DNA of 64,000 nt, from the NCBI GenBank assembly GCA_965644315.1, contig CBFFRQ010000069.1, positions 310,001-374,000 of the forward strand, given 5' to 3'. The translations under genes were made by a program, and so were the position numbers. The DNA is from Caecitellus pseudoparvulus (taxonomy: Eukaryota; Protista; Bigyra: Bicosoecida). A model generated the notes under the pieces. The model ran no database searches. It saw nothing but the letters and a program-made list of their open reading frames with translations, and was not told where the DNA came from. Below are positions 54,513 through 64,000 of the stretch, piece after piece (the stretch's first letter is position 1; each line of letters starts with the position of its first letter).

Positions 54513-56272
54513 CTACAGGGTGATGGTGATGTTCGTGTTCACCGCCAGCACGTGCTCATCAATCACGATGGCCGGGTTCTGGAATGCCATGCCCCCCAGA
54601 GACGGCAGTGGGAAGCCCAGCCCACCCAGCCCGTTCAACAGGCTCTTCGCAGTGGGCAGCACCAGGTCCACCAGTGTCTGGATGAAGCCAACACTCAGCT
54701 CGCCAATGGAGCTGCGCAGCACCTTCAAGTTCAAGTCCAACGCCGTCACGTGGAACTTCAACACGGGCGCCACCTGCCCAGTCGCGTTGGAGTGCTGCAT
54801 GGACAGGCTGACACTGAGGCCCGCCACCATGTCAGCGCCCAGCGTGAAGACAGGCAAGCTGCCGCCATACGAGGACACACCACGCAGGGAGCCACTGGCG
54901 CCGGCCAGCACACCAAAGTCAAGCGCCACAGGCAGGTGTGCCTGCAGGCCGCTGGCCTTGCTGGCCGTGATGCTGGGCGTCGTGGACTTGTCGAAGGTGA
55001 CGTTCAGGCTCATGGCACGGTTGGGGTACTTGGCGGGCAGCTGGGGCAGGCCCAAGTCTGCCCACTTGCTCGTGTTCAGAGGCAGGGGGAACAGGCGCGG
55101 CTTGTTGGCGGGCGTGTAGAAGCTGTCCAATGCACCGTTGGTGTAGGCAGTCCACAGGGCACAGGACAGTGTGGCGGGGGACAGCTGCGCCTGCAGCATG
55201 TAGTGCTCGGGTGCCACGATGGGGGGCATGGGCAGGGTGGCGATGGGGCACTTGGCATGGCGCAGGGCGTCAGTGGCGGCGAGGTCGAAGGCCAGGACGG
55301 CGGTGGCAGCGGAGCCGGCACCCTGCACACCCAGGACATCGGTGGCCAGGGAGAAGTCGGTGCGCAGACAGCCCCACCGCCAAGGTGCATGTGCGAGGGC
55401 AGCTTTGCGAAGACCTTCGCTGTGGCGGCGTTCACAGCGGTTTGCACTTTGCCTCGGACAGCCTTCTCGATGGACTTGCGCAGGGTGCCCTTGAGCAGGC
55501 CAGTGACGATGTTGAGCAGCCACGACAGGGAGCCGTGGAACTTGATCTTGAACTTGTCAAATGACACGTTCACCCCTGAGCACGAGGCGTGTGGCTTGCC
55601 ACCCGACGCGCTGATGGCGACGGTGACGCCAGCGGTGGTTGTGCCGGGGGTGATGTCGATGGAACCGTGCAGTGAGGTGTGGGGCCAGTGGCGACGTCGG
55701 ACATGGTAGTCCAAGCTTACAGCTGCGAGCGGTGAAGCTTGACTGCCTGAGAAAGATCCGCGGTCCAAGGAGTGGGGACATTTACTCACTGGTATGCTCC
55801 AGTCCGTGGATCCCACCACCGACTGTGCTGGGCGCCGTCATGACGAGGTCCGCTCCACTGATGACGAGGCCAGTTGCCTGCGGAGAAGGGAACAGAGTGC
55901 AGATTCCTTCATGCGCAGGCCAGGAGGGAGCCACAATGCAGGCATCAGCAGCTCAGCACACCTTGATGTTGGTAAGACTGATATCGACATGCCCGATTGG
56001 CGTCCCGACATCGTTAATAGTCATGTCCGGAATACTCTGCGAGGTGTGCAAGCGTGAAACGTAGGCATAACGACGGCGCATGTTCGCGAAGTGAGCTGGG
56101 CGCTTACAGTGAACTGGGCGAGGATCGCGTTCAGCTCAGGCAGCACAGCGTTCTTAAACTCCACAAGCCCCCCCTCCGATACACCCGTCGCGAAGCCGTA
56201 CGCCGCCCTCCCCGATTGCAAGCAGCATGCAGCTGCAGCTGCAGCCAGCAGCACTGCACTTGCCCCTCGCAT
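54513..56272 (-). CDS. BPI/LBP-family protein, copy D; apparent +2 frameshift near 55359-55375 (assembly error or pseudogene)
   Basis: Exon 1 as in copy A; unique exons 2-3; exon 4 like copy B. The frame breaks at HLGGG|...TDFS (17 nt where the paralogs have 15). Confidence 0.75.
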
Positions 56273-57525
56273 GGTGAGCGCGGTGCAAAGTGCGCGGGCA
56301 CGTGTGGTTCAAAAACCACGCCACGAATGGACTGCCGGTTCAAGCAGCTGTTCAATGTTGAGGAAGCGAGTGTGTGAGACGGTGCGTGTTTGAGCACGGC
56401 AACGAAGTGCGCCAGAGCAGCATGTCGCAGCGTGGCCTGGCTGGAGCGTCATCGTGGGAGAGCCGGGAGGCACGGTGGATGCAGCGGCGTCGGGCGCAGT
56501 TGGGCCTGGGTGAGTGCAGCATTGGTGAGTGGTGGTGTAGTGGCATGCATGGCTCATGGGCCTCTCCTTGCTGCGCGGTTCAGGGGGTGGAGATCAGGCC
56601 AGGCAAAGCAGGTGAGTGCGGTTGGGCGTTGTTTTCCGCACCACGCCGTGATTGGCGTGTGGCCCGGCCAGGCGCAGCATTGCCTTGGGGCTGGAGCACA
56701 AGCTTCCACCGTGTCTGTGTGCAGGTCTGGGATGACTGGCACGGGTGTGTCTCGCGGGTCTCCGATGAAGACGTCCCGTGCTGTGAGTGGTTTGGTGCCC
56801 GGTGCCGTTGGAGGTGAGCCAGCGATGGCCAGCTCACCTGGTGGGAGCACGGTGATGTCTGCGTCTGAGCTGCGCGGCATGCGGCATCGTGCGGGGGGGA
56901 GGAGCAGTGGCCGGGGCAAGTACCGCATGGAGCTGGAGGGTGGTGGTGTGGGTGGCAGTGGTGCGCGGGGCCCCAGTCAGGTACATGTGCGGAGTGCCAC
57001 GGCACCAAGTGCGGGCAGGTGGGAGCAGGGCGGTGAGCGGGGCTTCTTCGACTACTTCTTCAACCCCCGCCCAGGCGGCGGGACGCCCATGCGTGACGGG
57101 CGTGGGAACGTCGTGGCAGACTTGCGTGGGGCACTGTCTGTGCAAGGCGGTGTGGAGCGTGAGGATGAGCAGCCGCAAGGAGTGAGCGTTCACGAGCTGG
57201 AAGGCGCTGCCGCTGCCAGTGTTGCAGGCGGTGGTGGTGGTGCTGAGGCTGGTGGGGGGCTGGGGGTTGGTGTGGGCGGGGCGGCCCGTGTGGCTGATGG
57301 GAGTGTGGGTGCCATGCCAGGTGGTGCAGGGCAGTCCATGGGTGACATGGTGCATGCCCGCACGATTGAGCGACTGCAGCGGGAGGCCGACGATGCAGAT
57401 CGGGGGCGGCGTGAGGCTGAGGAGGAGTTGCGGAGTGTGCGTGCTCAGTTGTCAACTGCGATCAGTTTGTTGGAGGAGTATCGCGCCGAGTACGGCCCTC
57501 TGCCGGCGAAGTAGGGCGGCGGGGA
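56110..57525. repeat. ~1.4-kb duplicated block, copy 2
   Basis: Near-identical to 48907-50322. Confidence 0.95.
56825..57514 (+). CDS. Hypothetical Gly-rich/coiled-coil protein, copy 2
   Basis: Differs from copy 1 by only a few substitutions. Confidence 0.7.
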   Translation: MASSPGGSTVMSASELRGMRHRAGGRSSGRGKYRMELEGGGVGGSGARGPSQVHVRSATAPSAGRWEQGGERGFFDYFFNPRPGGGTPMRDGRGNVVADLRGALSVQGGVEREDEQPQGVSVHELEGAAAASVAGGGGGAEAGGGLGVGVGGAARVADGSVGAMPGGAGQSMGDMVHARTIERLQREADDADRGRREAEEELRSVRAQLSTAISLLEEYRAEYGPLPAK

Positions 57526-57532
57526 CACTTTC

Positions 57533-58524
57533 CTACAAGTCAAGCCTCTCAACTGTTACAGTGTGCTGGCCACCTTTTGGACTGGTTGTCCTTCCCTGCT
57601 GGTTGTTGTCCCTTGCTTCTCTTTGCCGCTTTCGACGTGGCGGAGGGCTTGGTTGCTCTGGGCGGGAAGGGCTTTGGCAGGCCACGACTGACGCTAGCAA
57701 GCTGGTGGCTGGAGTTGTGCCTGATTTCGCTTCCTGCTGCTCCCATTTTGTGGTGTCCCTTATTGCGTGTGTGTTTGCCGCTTTTTGCTGAGCGCGGAGC
57801 TTGGCTCTTGCCTCCCGAAGGCGCTGCTTGAGTGCCAGCTTTTTCTCTTCATACTCTGTGATTTGGACATCCAGGGCCCTCCGCTGGGTCTGATGAGTTT
57901 GCACAGCTGCCAGTGCAAGCTTCAAGCGTGAGACGTGGCTAGCTGCTGATGCCTGAGTTTTTTTCAATCTGTTGTGCAGGCTCTCTGCGCTGCTAGCCAT
58001 GGTTTGAAGCTTCAAGCTCAGATTTTCCTTGGCACACTCGAGCTTTTGTGCCATGGCTTGCTTTTTCTGAGCAGAGCTCAATGCTTGCTCAATGCACTGC
58101 CACACCTCGACTGGGCCGCGCTGGTTGCGTTGGCCTGCCCGCGCTGGTGACGCCGATGGCTGCTCCTTGTACTGACTGGCTTTCGTGCCACGCCGCAGGC
58201 ACTTTTCTATCCAGGTCAACACAGCAAGAGTTTGGCTTCTGATTTTGCGGCTCCCATCTTTCTCTGCGTTGCAGGCGCCGTTGCCGGTTGGCATGGCACG
58301 CTGCGTTTCGTTGCAAGCGTAGACATACGGTCTGCTGCACGGGAGCGCCACAGCAGAAGCTGCTTCATGTGCAAGTTGGTACTTTGGTGCAATCGGTGGC
58401 TTTCAGCCTGAATGCTGTGTGTCTCTTGGATGACCTGCTCCACCCGGCGCGTTGTCTCCGTGATGCGCCTGTCAAGCTGCTCCACCTGCTGCTGCGCAAG
58501 CACCACCGCTTCAAGCAAACTCAT
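57533..58524 (-). CDS. Hypothetical coiled-coil protein, probably spliced
   Basis: MSLLEAVVLAQQQVEQLDRRITE... and IEQALSSAQKKQAMAQKLE...LKQRLREARAKL, heptad-like segments in two frames. Confidence 0.6.
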
Positions 58525-58630
58525 GGCAAACAACGCAAGAAAGCAAGACCTTTGATCAAGGAAGGTGAGTTTCAACAGAGATCACTGGCACTGGTTTTCG
58601 CGATCGAATGTGTCAGGTCGAATGCATTGC

Positions 58631-61600
58631 CTACCCTGGCTGGAGGAGGGAGCCTCGCCGACCAGTCGTAGCTTGCCGAAGCAGCCTAGAAAATGATGCC
58701 ATGCCTTCAGCTGGTGTTGTTGATGGCTGGTGAGGAAGAGGTGTCGTGTGGGTGCTCATGGGGCGCGTGCAAGTGCCGGGAAACCTGCCGTCTACGGCAG
58801 AGTGCATGTTCCGCCCCTCCCACCAGCCCGAGCTGTCTTTGTCCCAAACCCACACGACATCGCCGACATCCAGGTCAACTTCATCGTCTCTGGAAGCACT
58901 GAAGTGTGTCACTGCACGCACGTATTCCCCGAGTGCCTTGCTTTGCACTCCGTGCTGAGCCGGGGTGTCATCAGAGCTGCCGGAGCGTGTGAGAGCCAGG
59001 TTCCACGCAGACTCTCCGAGGGCTAAGAGAGCAGACCGCATGCTGTCTGTCGTTTGTAACGAATACGAGTAGCTCGGTGCTGCGCCTGGGGTTCGAGCTG
59101 CGATATCGTTCAAAACCCCCCTTGCCTCAGTGGACAAGGAGGCAGGCTCGAGTGCTCCATGCTCCACGCTGAAGCTGCGGGGGCTGTCCCCACTTGTGGC
59201 TGTCGACGTTGTGGGGTGAGCTGACATTTGCTCAAAGGGATCGGAGCTGCACTGTGTCTTTCCATTGACCAGCCTCTGCCACTGGCCCGCAGGTGGCACC
59301 CATGACCAGCATTCTCCAAGGGCTCCGGTGAGCCCTGGAGCTGCGATGTGGAATCCAGGGTGCGACAGCACCGCTGATGGAACCCACCCAACCTTGTCGA
59401 CCGCATGTGTGCGATCAAGTACCAAAGTCCATGTTAAGTGAAGAGGTCGCTGTGTCCAGTCACCCTTGGTGACCGGCTTTCCGCAAGGGGCGTCAAAAGC
59501 AACAAGAATTCTATCACGCACATGCAGGGGAAGGTCGGAAAGCTTGCTCCAACGTGCAGGCAGTCCGGTTTGGCTCTGGTCAAGCGAAGGCAGCAAGCCC
59601 ACAAGCTCTGACATGGGGATGGTCGCCGGCTGATGGAGGCGCACCATGCTCCACCCTACGCCATCCTGGCGAAGGACTGAAACGATGTCCCCTGGGACAA
59701 CGTGCAGCTCTGTTGGCGATCGCGCAAAGTACGGCCGTTGCACACTGACACTCTCACAACCAGGGGCACTCCAAATGGTTGTGCTTGCAGCTGAAGCAGG
59801 GGTAAACAAGCCCGCCTCACCCAGAGGCACGCCGTCGGAGGATGTGGGGGACGCCACGGTAGTGTCCCTCGCTCCAGGGTATGCCAGGCGCTCGGGAGAC
59901 TGAAGGCGGCTTGGAGGCGAGATGCTTAGGTCTGGGTTGCCCGCTTCCAGAATGGGAGTCGGCTGAGCAGACGAGAGCGAGGACAATGTGCTGCAAGCGG
60001 CGCTGTGAGTCACGAGGTGCCCCTCTGTCAACAAGCGGCCATCCAAGGCGTTTGTGGCAAGGTTGTGGGCGCTGGACCCGAAGGCGAGTTGGACTGCGCC
60101 ATCGACAGGGTTTGAAGTGGACACTGTCAGCGCAAAGAACTGCGGGGGTCTCTTGAAGGTGGGCACGCGTGGTTGGGGAGGAGCGTACGATGGCCCGCCG
60201 ATGACTTTGCTAGCTTGTCGTGCAGCTTGGATGATGGCTGTGGAACGAAGAACGTCTTTGACACCTCGTCTGTGTAGTGTTGACAGGTCGTACCAGGGGT
60301 CCAGCAATGCGCGAGAGGAAGGGGAGAGCAAGTTCTTCGTGCTGTGTGGCTTGCCGACCGCCACGGTACGCCGACGAACGCGTGTGGTTATGGAAGGCCA
60401 GGGTCTTCCTGAAACAAACGGTTTGGACTCGTCGCTCAGCAAAGATGATCTCTTGTTGGGCCCTGATGAGAGTTTGGAGTGAGAAAAAGTCACCATTGAG
60501 TGCTTTCTGCGAGAGTGACGTGGCGAACCAGCGACAGGTAGGGCTATATCGCTGCTTGAGTCACGAATGTTGGGGAAGAGGTGCCCCACCTGGAGGGCCT
60601 GCGAAGGAGGAGAGGGGGAGGGGGGGGCAGTGGGCAACTGTGGTGCGTTTGAGGGGTGTGTGGCGTGTACTCGGCGGTGCCCCTGAAAGCAGGCTGTGAA
60701 TCGGCGCCACCAAGAAGTGGGCTGAGACGCACCTCTTGGCTGGGTCCCCGTCCCTGAGCGCCGTGCTTTCAGTGGTGTCAGTTTTGCTGCTGAGGGTCGA
60801 GTAGCTTGCTGCAAGCCTGTCGCTAGCATGGGGCTCGTGGAAGCGGGCTCAGTGCCAGGTCGTGCATGAGACTGGAGGGTATCACGGCCGGGCGGTCCAA
60901 CAAATCCTCGAGAGCCGGTGGAATAGTCAGAATCATCACTGTCTTCTTCGGCCAACGTGGTGACATCGCTGCTTGGTGCACGGCCTCCCTTCGAAGGCGG
61001 CGCATCTGGCACTGCACGGGTTGCCAGGCGCTGCATGAATGCCCGCTGCTCTCGCGTCCTGCCTTGGTCATCCTTGGCACTGGCTCGCAAGATGGCTTGC
61101 TGTTCTTCAAATTCTTTGTTCCAAGCCTTGTTTCGGTCAAGCTGGGGGTCAAAGGCATCCCACCCGCCACGCTTAGCCGCCAAAGCGACACGGTAGGCAC
61201 CCTCCTCCGTTTCATATTCAGTTCCTTGTGCAGCCGAAACCATTGTGTGCATGGCTTCCTGCATGCCATCACCGTCAACCACTTCTTCATCTACAGAGTC
61301 CAAGAGGGCCGACAGGCCGGCCATGTCGAGGGAGATGCTCAAGCCAGTTCCCTGCAGGGCAGCCCAGTCCTCTTTTGACAAGGAACCCTCCGCAAGGTCC
61401 ACGTGCGACCCATGCGTCGTGCTTGTTGGCGGCGACTCCATGTGCACACTCGCAGTGGGCGACTTTTGCAGGCCATTCTTCGTGTCAAACGCAGAGGCGC
61501 CCGAGTGGGCGGAGACAGGAGCCCGGGGTGGGCTGTCCCCTTGCCCGCCAAGAATTGTCACGGCCCGCAAGAAGGCACGCGCCTTGGATGTCCCTGCAGA

Positions 61601-63898
61601 GGAGGCTGTGCGCAGGGGCCGTGCCGACATGTCTGTTCCAGATGCGATGGACAAGGGGCTGAGATGGTCGGCAGTGGATGCTTGGCGGACCCAGATGGTC
61701 GCATTCTGCAGCATCATTCGAGCGTGGCCGATGGGCACTTCTCCTGGCCAGCCCTCTCGTACCATGAGTTCAAAGGCAAATGCCAGAAGTGCCCCTCGGT
61801 GGCGAGAATCGACCAAGAAGTTGTCTGCAAGATGAAAGTCCCCCTGGGCAGCGTGGCTGATGGCGGTGCGGGCTTGACCTAGGCGGTCCATCCACTCAAA
61901 CCACTGCTGCCTGGCCCAAACGATGGGGTTGTACTCCTCTCCAGGCTCTTCGTATGCATCTACAGCAGTGGTGGCTCCGGCATCTGTAATGTCGGCAGGG
62001 GTCAGCACTGTGTCCACAGGCAACAAGAAGGACGAGCCATTCGCGTTGGTGAGGCGCACAGTCTGAGCTGCCCGGCGCTGCACAGCAACTGGGCTGCGCA
62101 GGGCTGTGGGTGTGCCAGCGACTGACACAGAAAGTGAGGCAAAAATGCCCGACGCGCCCGCAGTCGGCAACTGAGACCCGAAGCCAGACGGCTGCGACAG
62201 CGCAGAGATGCCTGAAATGCGCTGCCCTGACACACTCCCGAGCGGTCCCCGGGAGCCAGCAGTTGTGACCGGACTGGGCACCAGACTCCCTGGTACTTCT
62301 CGCAGTGCTGCAAGGGTTCGACGAGTCTCTTGGTCCCAAGAAGCCCTCTCGGCCGCTGCGCTCGTGCTGAGTGCAGCCCTCCACTCGGCTTCGATGGTCT
62401 CCTGGGGAATGCTGCCCAGGTCGCTGGCTGCCGCGGGCACTGGCATGCACTCTGCATCCACAGCGCTTAAATCAGCGTCCTCTTGACCAGGGTCCTCCAG
62501 CTCTCGAGGCGTGGCTTGGACGCGGTAAGAGGTCAGGCTCAGCTCCCTCGCCCAGGGGGAGCCCGTGCCGAGAGAGAACCGCGTCTGGGCTCCGCTCACA
62601 AAGAGGGGGGTGGCCCCACCGCCACCAACGCTCCGCCGGCGCCCACGGCCATTTTGAGGCAGGTCGGCACTGGACACAACAGGCACCTCCCTGCCCATGG
62701 CCAGCACGTCAGCTCTCGGCAGCCTGCCGCGCCTGATGAAGGGGTGGCTCAGCAGCTCCGACACCGGCGCCCGCACTCGTGGAACAGGGGTCAGGCACCT
62801 ACTCAAAAAGTGCTGCAGCTCCGGGGATGTCATCGGTGGCAGGCGCTTGGACAGGTCAATTAAGACTGCCGAGCGCTCGGAGTCAGGCGTGGAAGCTGTG
62901 CTGGCATCTTGAGGTGGAAGGCTGGCAATTCGGCGGAGGTCCGGCAAATTCACAGGGCCCAGTGGTGCTGGCCCTGGAAACATGCTCAGACTCCGCACTT
63001 TCGCCATGCCCTTGGGGGGCAGTGACGCGCGAGGTGTCCTGTGGCTGCGGGGGGGCAGCCCACCCGTCGTGGCGGAGCGCCCCGGAGCATCCGCGACTGG
63101 CGTGCTTGCACGCTGAGGCGGGTCTTGATCCACGGATGACTCACGGGCCAAGGTGTGAGACGCCCCTTCCTCTGACTGGGGGGCGCGAATGGCTGGGAGC
63201 GGGGATGGCATGCTGCCGCCAGCGCCAGCCGCTTCTTGCGGCGGCCCGCCCAGGCGAAGGGTGCTCCCTGACTGTGATGACTGCTGATCCCGAGGACTGC
63301 CAGAGGACGTGCTGCCCGTATCTTCCGCCTGTGCACTTTGTGTGGCTTCGTCGGGGCATGGGATGGAGAGGGCGGGGTTTCCCAGCAACATCTGCAGCGC
63401 CATGGCACCCACTGCCCACGTGTCCACTTTCCTGCTCAGCTTGACCTTGCCACTGGCCGTTGTCAGGCGCAAGCGAGCTGCTGAGCCAAACCCGGTGATT
63501 TTCACAGTACCTGACCCGGACAGGAGGGCGCTGTCGCAGGACAAGGAACCATGCACGACGGAGCAGCTGTGCAGGTGGGCCAGGCCGCTGAGGATGTGCC
63601 GGGTGTACCGAGCAACGACGTCTTCTGACAGCCGGCCGAAGCGCGTGAGCAGAGATCGCAGAGTGCCACCAGGCGCATACTCAGTGAACATGCGGAACAC
63701 TTTCGGCTGCTGCTCCACACCAAGGTATGAGATAACGTGCCGATGCCTCGACTCTCGCAGGATGCGGCGCTCCATCTGGGTGGCCCTGATGGCATCCGAC
63801 ATGCTGACACGGGGGACGCTTGGTGATGACACCCCGCCACTGGATGCATCCTGCGAAGGAGGTGGCTGCAAGCCAAGGTGATCACTGCCGAGAGGCAC
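58631..63898 (-). CDS. STE/MEKK-like (pseudo)kinase domain with two C-terminal SH3 domains; 5' end probably incomplete
   Basis: HRHVISYLG, MFTEYAPGGTL, YTRHILSGLAHLH, DTWAVG, FLSRCL...LLSHPF. SH3 motifs: FSASRDDEVDLDVGDVV...SGWWEG...GRFP and YFARSPTELHVVPGDIV. Confidence 0.85.
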   Translation of the reverse strand: MPLGSDHLGLQPPPSQDASSGGVSSPSVPRVSMSDAIRATQMERRILRESRHRHVISYLGVEQQPKVFRMFTEYAPGGTLRSLLTRFGRLSEDVVARYTRHILSGLAHLHSCSVVHGSLSCDSALLSGSGTVKITGFGSAARLRLTTASGKVKLSRKVDTWAVGAMALQMLLGNPALSIPCPDEATQSAQAEDTGSTSSGSPRDQQSSQSGSTLRLGGPPQEAAGAGGSMPSPLPAIRAPQSEEGASHTLARESSVDQDPPQRASTPVADAPGRSATTGGLPPRSHRTPRASLPPKGMAKVRSLSMFPGPAPLGPVNLPDLRRIASLPPQDASTASTPDSERSAVLIDLSKRLPPMTSPELQHFLSRCLTPVPRVRAPVSELLSHPFIRRGRLPRADVLAMGREVPVVSSADLPQNGRGRRRSVGGGGATPLFVSGAQTRFSLGTGSPWARELSLTSYRVQATPRELEDPGQEDADLSAVDAECMPVPAAASDLGSIPQETIEAEWRAALSTSAAAERASWDQETRRTLAALREVPGSLVPSPVTTAGSRGPLGSVSGQRISGISALSQPSGFGSQLPTAGASGIFASLSVSVAGTPTALRSPVAVQRRAAQTVRLTNANGSSFLLPVDTVLTPADITDAGATTAVDAYEEPGEEYNPIVWARQQWFEWMDRLGQARTAISHAAQGDFHLADNFLVDSRHRGALLAFAFELMVREGWPGEVPIGHARMMLQNATIWVRQASTADHLSPLSIASGTDMSARPLRTASSAGTSKARAFLRAVTILGGQGDSPPRAPVSAHSGASAFDTKNGLQKSPTASVHMESPPTSTTHGSHVDLAEGSLSKEDWAALQGTGLSISLDMAGLSALLDSVDEEVVDGDGMQEAMHTMVSAAQGTEYETEEGAYRVALAAKRGGWDAFDPQLDRNKAWNKEFEEQQAILRASAKDDQGRTREQRAFMQRLATRAVPDAPPSKGGRAPSSDVTTLAEEDSDDSDYSTGSRGFVGPPGRDTLQSHARPGTEPASTSPMLATGLQQATRPSAAKLTPLKARRSGTGTQPRGASQPTSWWRRFTACFQGHRRVHATHPSNAPQLPTAPPSPSPPSQALQVGHLFPNIRDSSSDIALPVAGSPRHSRRKHSMVTFSHSKLSSGPNKRSSLLSDESKPFVSGRPWPSITTRVRRRTVAVGKPHSTKNLLSPSSRALLDPWYDLSTLHRRGVKDVLRSTAIIQAARQASKVIGGPSYAPPQPRVPTFKRPPQFFALTVSTSNPVDGAVQLAFGSSAHNLATNALDGRLLTEGHLVTHSAACSTLSSLSSAQPTPILEAGNPDLSISPPSRLQSPERLAYPGARDTTVASPTSSDGVPLGEAGLFTPASAASTTIWSAPGCESVSVQRPYFARSPTELHVVPGDIVSVLRQDGVGWSMVRLHQPATIPMSELVGLLPSLDQSQTGLPARWSKLSDLPLHVRDRILVAFDAPCGKPVTKGDWTQRPLHLTWTLVLDRTHAVDKVGWVPSAVLSHPGFHIAAPGLTGALGECWSWVPPAGQWQRLVNGKTQCSSDPFEQMSAHPTTSTATSGDSPRSFSVEHGALEPASLSTEARGVLNDIAARTPGAAPSYSYSLQTTDSMRSALLALGESAWNLALTRSGSSDDTPAQHGVQSKALGEYVRAVTHFSASRDDEVDLDVGDVVWVWDKDSSGWWEGRNMHSAVDGRFPGTCTRPMSTHTTPLPHQPSTTPAEGMASFSRLLRQATTGRRGSLLQPG

Positions 63899-64000
63899 AA
63901 ACTTTGGTGAGGCGGCGTTTCACCCCGACCGCCGGGAGAAGGCCAAGCTCTGCTCAGGGGTAAGGGCCAGGGAGACGTCACGCACATCAGTGTACTGTCC

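Noticed and set aside
47297-57525. Repeats as a transposon, CRISPR array or diversity-generating retroelement
   Set aside because: No transposase, reverse transcriptase or cas gene, no terminal repeats, and the variation is not adenine-specific. These are intron-containing gene duplicates.
1-64000. Hundreds of overlapping ORFs in the six-frame track (e.g. 2714-4597, 6852-8633, 27455-28654)
   Set aside because: Antisense or alternate-frame shadows of real genes, expected in high-GC DNA; they carry no motifs.

Overview
A 64-kb, GC-rich, very gene-dense segment of a eukaryotic nuclear genome with short GT-AG introns (mostly 60-100 nt). It probably comes from a flagellated protist: this is inferred from WDR92, a TTLL gene and the intron style, and the taxon cannot be determined. 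About 30 protein genes are supportable. Housekeeping genes include RFC3, UPRT, COMMD2, CNOT3, NF-YB, RPL13, RPS16, WDR92, USP32, PP2C and an MFS inositol-transporter-like gene. Several multidomain genes are unusual: ankyrin plus XK-like TM region, PDZ-PA-PA-J, WW-cNMP-5-phosphatase-RGS, and pseudokinase-SH3. The standout is a four-gene tandem array of secreted BPI/LBP-like (TULIP) proteins at 47.3-56.3 kb. The copies share a near-identical 'constant' C-terminal region. They differ in sharply bounded ~30-bp islands, one falling on the basic beta-hairpin equivalent to the LPS-binding tip of LBP/BPI. All calls come from motif recognition by eye; no database search was run, and exon boundaries are inferred.
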